Shown: piece after piece, positions 58,244 through 64,000 of the stretch
Layout: each line of letters begins with the position of its first letter
Position numbering within the stretch: the first letter of the stretch is position 1
From: an uncultured Eubacteriales bacterium
Lineage (GTDB): Bacteria > Bacillota > Clostridia > Oscillospirales > Oscillospiraceae
DNA length: 64,000 nucleotides
NCBI GenBank assembly: GCA_900549485.1
Contig: UROG01000002.1
Span: forward strand, 17,475 to 81,474
Direction: 5' to 3'
The notes under the pieces: generated by a model
What the model was told of the DNA's origin: nothing
Seen by the model: the letters and a program-made list of their open reading frames with translations, nothing else
Database searches by the model: none
Translations under genes and position numbers: made by a program

Positions 58244-58939
58244 ATGAATATCATAGAAAATGCAGTAGCGAGAGCCAGAGAAATAGCTGCGGATGATTCA
58301 CACGGCTATGACCAAGCAAACAGGTGGGGGCCTGACTATGATTGTAGCAGCCTCGTAATAGATTGCTTCAAGAGAGCGGGACTTCCCCTGAGTTGCACAT
58401 ACACAGGCAATATGCGCTCCGACATGCTGCAACATGGCTTTGAAGACGTAACGGGTAGCGTCAATCTTAATACCGGCGCAGGGCTTGAACGCGGTGACGT
58501 GCTCTTAAACCACATTCACCACACTGCTCTGCATATAGGCGGCGGTCAGCTCGTGCAGGCAAGTATCAACGAGGCTGGCGGTGCGACCGGAGGACAGACC
58601 GGGGATCAGACTGGGCGAGAGATATACACGCGCAGTTACTATAATTATCCCTGGGATTGCGTGCTCAGGTATAAGGGATCAGAGACGGAGGCTGTGCCGG
58701 ATGTCAGGAAACCGACGCAGTATGTCATGGTCGAGCTGCCTATGCTGGAAAGCGGACAGGCTGGGGTCGTCGTGGCAATGCTGCAAGCAGCGCTTAAATA
58801 CCTCGGCTATGACCCGACATGGGTTGATGGAGAATTTGGAGTGCGGACAAACAATATGCTCATGGCCTTTCAGGCTGAACACGGACTTGACGCGGATGGT
58901 ATTTGCGGTCAACAGACGTGGACGGCCTTGGTCAAGTAA
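58244..58939 (+). CDS. endolysin: NlpC/P60-type cysteine peptidase with C-terminal peptidoglycan-binding domain
   Basis: Catalytic Cys/His (YDCSSLV ... HTALHIGGG). C-terminal PG_binding_1-like LQAALKYLGYDP...DGEFGVRT...FQ. GGAGG RBS. Confidence 0.8.
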   Translation: MNIIENAVARAREIAADDSHGYDQANRWGPDYDCSSLVIDCFKRAGLPLSCTYTGNMRSDMLQHGFEDVTGSVNLNTGAGLERGDVLLNHIHHTALHIGGGQLVQASINEAGGATGGQTGDQTGREIYTRSYYNYPWDCVLRYKGSETEAVPDVRKPTQYVMVELPMLESGQAGVVVAMLQAALKYLGYDPTWVDGEFGVRTNNMLMAFQAEHGLDADGICGQQTWTALVK

Positions 58940-58950
58940 GGAGCCGGGAG

Positions 58951-59250
58951 ATGGTAGAGATAATAACCGCAATAATATCTGCGGCCTCGCTTGTGACTGT
59001 CGCAGTGATAACAAATCACATGAGCAAAGACCGAAAAGCCGCTGAGTTGCGAAATACCCGGAGAGAAAAAGAAGCTCGGCTCTCTATGGATATGATGATG
59101 GCGTCTATCGAACTCGGAGAGATAAACGCCATAGCGCTTCAGGGCGGCCATCTCAACGGCAATGTGGAGGCCGCACGATCAAAGGCAGACGCAGCAAAGA
59201 AGGCCTATGAAAACTGGCTCAAGGACATAGGCGCCAATGTTATAAATTAA
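58951..59250 (+). CDS. single-TM membrane protein (holin-associated?)
   Basis: N-terminal TM IITAIISAASLVTVAVI, then coiled coil. Confidence 0.35.
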   Translation: MVEIITAIISAASLVTVAVITNHMSKDRKAAELRNTRREKEARLSMDMMMASIELGEINAIALQGGHLNGNVEAARSKADAAKKAYENWLKDIGANVIN

Positions 59251-59265
59251 AAAGGAGAAAAAACT

Positions 59266-59688
59266 ATGAGTAATTACACCATGCTTCTCATCATCGTTAC
59301 CGTCGTAATCTGCGTATTTGGCGGTATTTGTCTTTTGATTCCGTATCTCGTGCGGAAAGGAATCAATATCTCGGGCATACTGTCCGGCACCGGCTCGGCG
59401 CTTGACGCGGCTGGAATAGTCGTTGATGGAATAAAAGAGTTTGTGCCTGAAACGCCCAGCTTGTGCATAGTAGAACGCATTATTGATTATGCCAAGACCG
59501 CCGTGAACGCCGCAGAGCAGATGTACAAAGCCAGCCAGATAGCCGCGGATGAACGCAATGCCAAAGCGACCGAAATAGTGTATAAGCTCCTTGAAGCAGC
59601 AGATATTGAAGTGACCGACAAGCTCAAGGATGTTGTTGATGGTTGCATAGAGGCGGCTGTATTCGTGCTGCCCAAGACTACCACATAA
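59266..59688 (+). CDS. holin (LL-H/phiLC3-like family)
   Basis: N-terminal TM MLLIIVTVVICVFGGICLLI. 140 aa. AAGGAG RBS. Confidence 0.55.
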   Translation: MSNYTMLLIIVTVVICVFGGICLLIPYLVRKGINISGILSGTGSALDAAGIVVDGIKEFVPETPSLCIVERIIDYAKTAVNAAEQMYKASQIAADERNAKATEIVYKLLEAADIEVTDKLKDVVDGCIEAAVFVLPKTTT

Positions 59689-59696
59689 TTTTTTGC

Positions 59697-59740
59697 CCCT
59701 CTCAGTCCTAAATCTTTGGACTGGGAGGGGCTTTTTCTCA
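59697..59740 (+). terminator. rho-independent terminator ending the lysis operon
   Basis: cccctctcagtcc...ggactgggagggg stem followed by ctttttctc. Confidence 0.7.
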
Positions 59741-59867
59741 TTTGTGGACTTTGCGCTTGTTGGGCTTTGTGGTAGCGGCAGAGGATGTGACCTGCGTCTA
59801 CATTCCCAACTCAGCACATAAGCGTTGCAACGCTTTCTCGCGGCTCAGGGGCGGCAATACAGCAAAT

Positions 59868-60233
59868 TTATTCGATCCACGCTTTAGGCGGCAATAATTC
59901 TTGCCCAAAAAGATTATACCATTGTCCACAGTTCGGACATTCACAAGCTCCGGCGTACTCATTCCATAATTGGATTTTCTTTCCGCATGAGCAAACGCCA
60001 GACGCATTCTCGCGGTACTTGCGCTTGTGACAGAGGATTCTATTCCACCGTACAAAATCGTCGGGATGCGCCATGCACCACAGATAGTTTTCGACGGCTG
60101 CCTCAGTTGCGCTGGAAAGTAGGTTTCCGCTTTCGTCACAAGGAAAAGCAAATCCGTTGTTGTCCCCATCGTCAAAAACCAACTCATATTCTTCGTACGT
60201 AAGAAATTCGCCGGGGGTATAGTCAGTAATCAT
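59868..60233 (-). CDS. hypothetical cysteine-rich protein
   Basis: AAGGAG RBS. CHKRK...C.CGKK...CECPNCG. Confidence 0.35.
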   Translation of the reverse strand: MITDYTPGEFLTYEEYELVFDDGDNNGFAFPCDESGNLLSSATEAAVENYLWCMAHPDDFVRWNRILCHKRKYRENASGVCSCGKKIQLWNEYAGACECPNCGQWYNLFGQELLPPKAWIE

Positions 60234-60453
60234 TGTTAGGCTCCTTTTTCTTGACAATTACAGAGATTCCAACGAAATTGCCGATTGCTGGGTAATGTTC
60301 CGGGTAAAGCTCCACAACTTCGTAGGCAGCGGCAACGCGGAGCGTGATTTCCTTGACCGGGCCGAAGTAGATACCCACAGAGTTGGTTGGGTCTTCCGCG
60401 ACCCAGATGGTGGTATTCTCATACACCTTGTATAGCAGGTCTGCCAAGCTCAT
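60223..60453 (-). CDS. hypothetical protein
   Basis: 76 aa. Confidence 0.3.
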   Translation of the reverse strand: MSLADLLYKVYENTTIWVAEDPTNSVGIYFGPVKEITLRVAAAYEVVELYPEHYPAIGNFVGISVIVKKKEPNNDY

Positions 60454-60498
60454 ACCAGTATCCTTCCTGCCCTCGTAACCTCCGGGGCGGGTGATTAT

Positions 60499-61095
60499 TT
60501 AGCAACTGTAGAAGCGGAGTTCACCGTTGACCAGCTCATACATGAAGTAGGCGCAGTCGAAGCGGACATAGTTCCAGTCGGAGGACTCGTACACGGGCGC
60601 ACGCTCGAAGGTACCAGCCACGCGGAGACGGCGGTGCTTATTGACCTCGTAGGTGTTGGCCTCGTGTAGAATGCGGATTTTCTCTGGAGCAAAGCCGCAC
60701 TCGTCAGCGATAAACGCTACAGCTTCATCGTCGGTCATCGTCTGACCGCAGTTAGCAAGGTGTTCATAGCGCTCCTGTGTCATGTTCGTGCCGGCGCTAT
60801 CGCTGGGCTTCCATTCAAGCTCGTGATCCAGCTCAGCGGTCAACTCGTTAATGCGCTGCTCACGGTCAGCGATATCTTTCTTGTACTGACGCTCGTTCTC
60901 CATGAGCAGACTGGTCAGGCGCTCAATCTCAGTGGCTCTGGCTTCGCAGAACTTCATTGCTTCGCAATTTTTGACGAAAGCCTTGCAAAAGGCGTCCTTG
61001 TCACCGTCAAAGCTGTAATAAGATTCCTCAATCTTTCGATACTCTTCATAGGTGGGGGTGAACCCCGTGCGGTCGATAAATTCAGACATCAGCAT
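60499..61095 (-). CDS. hypothetical protein
   Basis: 198 aa. Central coiled coil. Confidence 0.4.
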   Translation of the reverse strand: MLMSEFIDRTGFTPTYEEYRKIEESYYSFDGDKDAFCKAFVKNCEAMKFCEARATEIERLTSLLMENERQYKKDIADREQRINELTAELDHELEWKPSDSAGTNMTQERYEHLANCGQTMTDDEAVAFIADECGFAPEKIRILHEANTYEVNKHRRLRVAGTFERAPVYESSDWNYVRFDCAYFMYELVNGELRFYSC

Positions 61096-61517
61096 AACTA
61101 CGCTATTTCCTTTCTTGATTTTTCTGCCCTACTCTGGTATCATCAAGGTGGCCGGGGTAAGGCTCCCGGCTCACCTTATCGGGTGGAGTGAGCGGCGCTT
61201 TAGCGGGGGTCGCTCACTTTTCGTTTATGCGTTAATCTTGCTGTCGCGGACGATTTCAGCAGCAGCCTCGGGGCTGTTCGCTGTTGCCTCAATCAGCTTT
61301 GCTATGTTCTCAAGATACTGATTGAGTTCTGCGGTAGTCATCTCATCCATTTCCTCACTTCCCTTCGTAAGAGATTTGCATCTCTGCCTTACGTGTATTA
61401 TATTACACCAATTCGTGTCATTTGTCAATAGATATTTTACACTTTTGCGTGGATATTGCAAAATTTTCTTTGACAAATAACACTAATACGTGTATATTGG
61501 TGACAGGAGGCGATTGC

Positions 61518-61733
61518 ATGGATATTTCAGTGGCCGAAAAGATAAGGCTTATTATGAAACGGCAAAACATGACTATGGGAGAGCTGGCCGAAGCGTCTGG
61601 GCAGACCCGTCAGAATCTTTCAAATAAAATGACACGCGGGAATTTCACAGAAAGAGACATCGAGTCTCTGGCTCGAGCGCTTGGGTGCCAAGCAAAAATC
61701 AGTTTTGTTCTGCCTGACGGCACAGAGATATAA
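61518..61733 (+). CDS. XRE-family HTH regulator
   Basis: AEKIRLIMKRQNMTMGELAEASGQTRQNLSNKM HTH. GGAGG RBS. TTGACA-17-TATATT promoter upstream. Confidence 0.6.
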   Translation: MDISVAEKIRLIMKRQNMTMGELAEASGQTRQNLSNKMTRGNFTERDIESLARALGCQAKISFVLPDGTEI

Positions 61734-61736
61734 ATA

Positions 61737-61775
61737 AGGCAAAGGACGCAGAGCGGTTATGCCCTGCGTCCTTGT
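61737..61775. terminator. bidirectional hairpin between convergent XRE genes
   Basis: aaggacgcag...ctgcgtcctt. Confidence 0.6.
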
Positions 61776-61776
61776 T

Positions 61777-62028
61777 TCAACTATGTACCTTTGCACCAGT
61801 GCGCGTGTGCTCGACATTTGGAATTTCATCGGGAACACGGATGATAATATCCGTCAGCTCGCAACCAAGCGCCTCGCAGATGAGGTCGAGATGTTCCAAG
61901 CTCACACGGTCTGCGATGTCGTGGTACAACTCGTTGATTGTGGCCGGTCTTATCCCGGTCTTGCGTGATAGATCGGCCTGCGTCCAGCGAAGCTCGCCCA
62001 GCTTCTTGGACAGGAGTATCTTAATCAT
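61777..62028 (-). CDS. XRE-family HTH regulator
   Basis: LGELRWTQADLSRKTGIRPATINEL HTH. Confidence 0.6.
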   Translation of the reverse strand: MIKILLSKKLGELRWTQADLSRKTGIRPATINELYHDIADRVSLEHLDLICEALGCELTDIIIRVPDEIPNVEHTRTGAKVHS

Positions 62029-62281
62029 TTGCCCTCGCTCCTTTCGTAATAATCTATCAGCAATTCTAAGATTTTTCTCGGATTCGGAAGATTATTACGA
62101 TATGCGTAGGGGAAATTTGAAGAATCAAATACGACTTGCGCGTACATAAAGAAAAATCGCAGCCAAATTACTTGGCTGCGATTTGTGTTATCTCCCACTC
62201 GGAAGTGGGGAGAAGAGTACGAAGCTCGACGCAGTAAGATAAACACTGACTTCGCCGTATTGTGTTCGTACAGTTCTACAT

Positions 62282-62357
<76 letters not shown>

Positions 62358-62440
62358 ATAGCAGAGTTATAATAACAGGTATCTTGAATTTTGTCAATAC
62401 CCGATTTTCCGTTTTTTCTTTGAGGAGGCGGGAGGAGAAA

Positions 62441-62770
62441 ATGTGCGGAATTATACGGGAAAGTTTTTGGTTGAAATGGGCATGGTTTGGCAGTATAATA
62501 CCATCAGTTGACAAGGATACGCACGGTTTTGACGGGCAGAAAAACGTCCATGCCGCTTCAAAGACCTTGCCAATACATCAAGTATTGCCTACGGACTTTT
62601 CATTGCCTGAACGCATTTCTGCTCCGTCAAAACCGTCTGCACCTGACAGTGACGGATTTTTGTGCGATTTTTGGTTTTTGAGACGCAGACGGGCTGACGC
62701 CCGTCAAGGCGAAAAGGACAAAAAGCGCCGGAAAGGCACGCTGTCAGGCGTGCGTGCTCTTGTCAATTGA
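62441..62770 (+). CDS. hypothetical protein
   Basis: GGAGGAG RBS. Low-complexity C-terminus. Confidence 0.25.
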   Translation: MCGIIRESFWLKWAWFGSIIPSVDKDTHGFDGQKNVHAASKTLPIHQVLPTDFSLPERISAPSKPSAPDSDGFLCDFWFLRRRRADARQGEKDKKRRKGTLSGVRALVN

Positions 62771-62903
62771 TGGTATATAAAAATTAAAACAGTAGCCTGC
62801 GGCATAGCGGACACGAGTGCGCAGGAAACAGGCAGTGCGCTTATATCTCCCTGTTTTCCGCCCGCGCCGCAAAAAAATACGGACACTGATAAGGAGCGTG
62901 GAA

Positions 62904-63890
62904 ATGCCCGACAACGAATGTATGGTTTCCGTCCTCTGTACGGCATATAATCATGAACAGTACCTGCGTGAATGTCTCGACGGCTTTATATCGCAGAAAA
63001 CGGATTTCCCGTTTGAGGTTCTGGTGAACGACGACTGCTCCGCAGACGCCACCGCCGCTGTCATCAGGGAATATGCCTCGAAATATCCGGAGATCATCCG
63101 CCCCTTTTACCAGAAGGAAAATCTTTTTTCCCGCCTCGGTATGCCTGGGCTTTTCGAAAAGGTCTTTTACCCTAACGCGAGGGGCAGATACATTGCGCTC
63201 TGCGAGGGCGACGACAAGTGGTGCGACCGCGAAAAGCTTCAGCGCCAGGTGGATTTTCTTGAGGCGCATCCCGATTATTCCGCCTGCGTCCACAACACCG
63301 CGCTTCATTTCTGCGCAGATTCCGCCGCCGACAGGCCGCTGATCGCGGAAAAGGGCGATCGGGATGTGGATTTTGAAACGGTCGTCACGGGCATGTCAAA
63401 CGCGTTCCATACAAGCTCCATCCTTGCGCGGCGCGAATATATCATCTCCCCGCCGGACTTTCATTATGTTGCCGGCTCCTACGGCTTTACCGACTATGCC
63501 ATCGGGCTTTGGCTTACGATGAACGGTAAGGTGCGTTTTCTTGACAGGGAGATGTCCGTTTACCGTATAAGCAGCAATCCGGAGGCATGGAGCAGCAATC
63601 TCGGCAGAAGCTACGGCAAGCTCAAGGAGTTTGTCACGGGTGAGATCGCCATGATAGAAACGCTGCTGCCGCGTCTCAAGGGTGAAAAGCTGCGCGCCGC
63701 AGAGCGTGAGCTTACACTGCGCCGGTATGAGCTTTACGATATCACCGGTCAGGTGGAGAAGCTTTATGAAAAGCCATACCTCGACATTCTGAAGGCAAAG
63801 CCGTTTTCGTACCGGCTGAAGACGGGAATCAAGAAAACCTTCCCCGCGTTTCACGCATATTACCGCAGAAAACAGGGCTACGGAGAATAA
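62904..63890 (+). CDS. family 2 glycosyltransferase
   Basis: MVSVLCTAYNHEQYL...VNDDCSAD...DDKW GT2 (GT-A) motifs. Confidence 0.75.
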   Translation: MPDNECMVSVLCTAYNHEQYLRECLDGFISQKTDFPFEVLVNDDCSADATAAVIREYASKYPEIIRPFYQKENLFSRLGMPGLFEKVFYPNARGRYIALCEGDDKWCDREKLQRQVDFLEAHPDYSACVHNTALHFCADSAADRPLIAEKGDRDVDFETVVTGMSNAFHTSSILARREYIISPPDFHYVAGSYGFTDYAIGLWLTMNGKVRFLDREMSVYRISSNPEAWSSNLGRSYGKLKEFVTGEIAMIETLLPRLKGEKLRAAERELTLRRYELYDITGQVEKLYEKPYLDILKAKPFSYRLKTGIKKTFPAFHAYYRRKQGYGE

Positions 63891-63896
63891 GTTTTA

Positions 63897-64000
63897 ATGG
63901 ACAACGGACAAAAGGTCTTTTCAAATCTTATATGGCGCTTCCTTGAACGCTTCGGCTCGCAGCTGGTGTCGATGGCGGTGCAGATAATCCTTGCGCGTAT
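63897..64000 (+). CDS. polysaccharide flippase (Wzx/MOP-like), 5' partial
   Basis: LIWRFLERFGSQLVSMAVQIILAR is a typical flippase N-terminus. Truncated by the window end. Confidence 0.45.
   Translation, partial: MDNGQKVFSNLIWRFLERFGSQLVSMAVQIILAR

Larger units (their letters stand above)
17481..62100. mobile_element. integrated temperate siphovirus-like prophage (about 45 kb); right boundary approximate
   Basis: Contiguous lysogeny, replication, anti-restriction, packaging, head, tail, DGR and lysis modules, flanked by host proS on the left and tRNA-Ala / polysaccharide genes on the right. The large serine recombinase is at the left edge. Confidence 0.75.

Overview
This window is chromosomal DNA from a high-GC, spore-forming Firmicute (Clostridia-type). 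Three parts can be told apart.

1. Positions 1 to about 17.4 kb are a conserved housekeeping neighbourhood. It carries a PP2C-like phosphatase, an SDR oxidoreductase, the sporulation operon spoIIGA-sigE, an EamA transporter, and pyrH-frr-uppS-dxr-rseP-ispG-polC. A SLOG/YpsA-like gene and proS follow polC. cdsA is absent from its usual place between uppS and dxr.

2. Positions about 17.5 to about 62.1 kb are a roughly 45 kb temperate siphovirus-like prophage. It is bounded on the left by a large serine recombinase and three tandem hairpins, and on the right by a pair of XRE regulators and tRNA-Ala(GGC). All prophage genes run left to right in the expected functional order:
- an XRE/CI-like repressor and Cro-like switch with dyad operators;
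- a Sak4-like ATPase, SSB, replisome organizer and RusA replication/recombination module;
- an anti-restriction set made of a ParB-like protein, an SNF2-like helicase, a DNA methyltransferase, a Lar-family protein and a MazG-like protein;
- a late regulator;
- a ParB / PAPS-reductase / ParB (IbrAB-like) trio just before the HNH endonuclease and terminase;
- portal, protease and HK97-like capsid genes;
- tail genes including the G/GT chaperone frameshift, tape measure, Dit and Tal;
- XkdX, a peptidase/PG-binding endolysin and a holin.

3. Positions about 62.4 to 64.0 kb carry polysaccharide biosynthesis genes (a GT2 glycosyltransferase and a partial flippase).

The most notable feature is a complete diversity-generating retroelement (DGR) inside the prophage tail module. 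It consists of a tail-fibre target gene (54914..56035) whose 3' variable repeat (VR, 55912..56019) matches a downstream template repeat (TR, 56222..56329), followed by a reverse transcriptase (56460..57581). The two repeats differ at 8 positions, and every one of them is an adenine in TR. A GC hairpin sits just downstream of VR, and no avd-like gene is evident.

The major capsid gene also ends in an A_AAC_CCU-UGA context. A -1 slip there would fuse a cadherin-like (Ig-like) beta-sandwich domain to the capsid protein.
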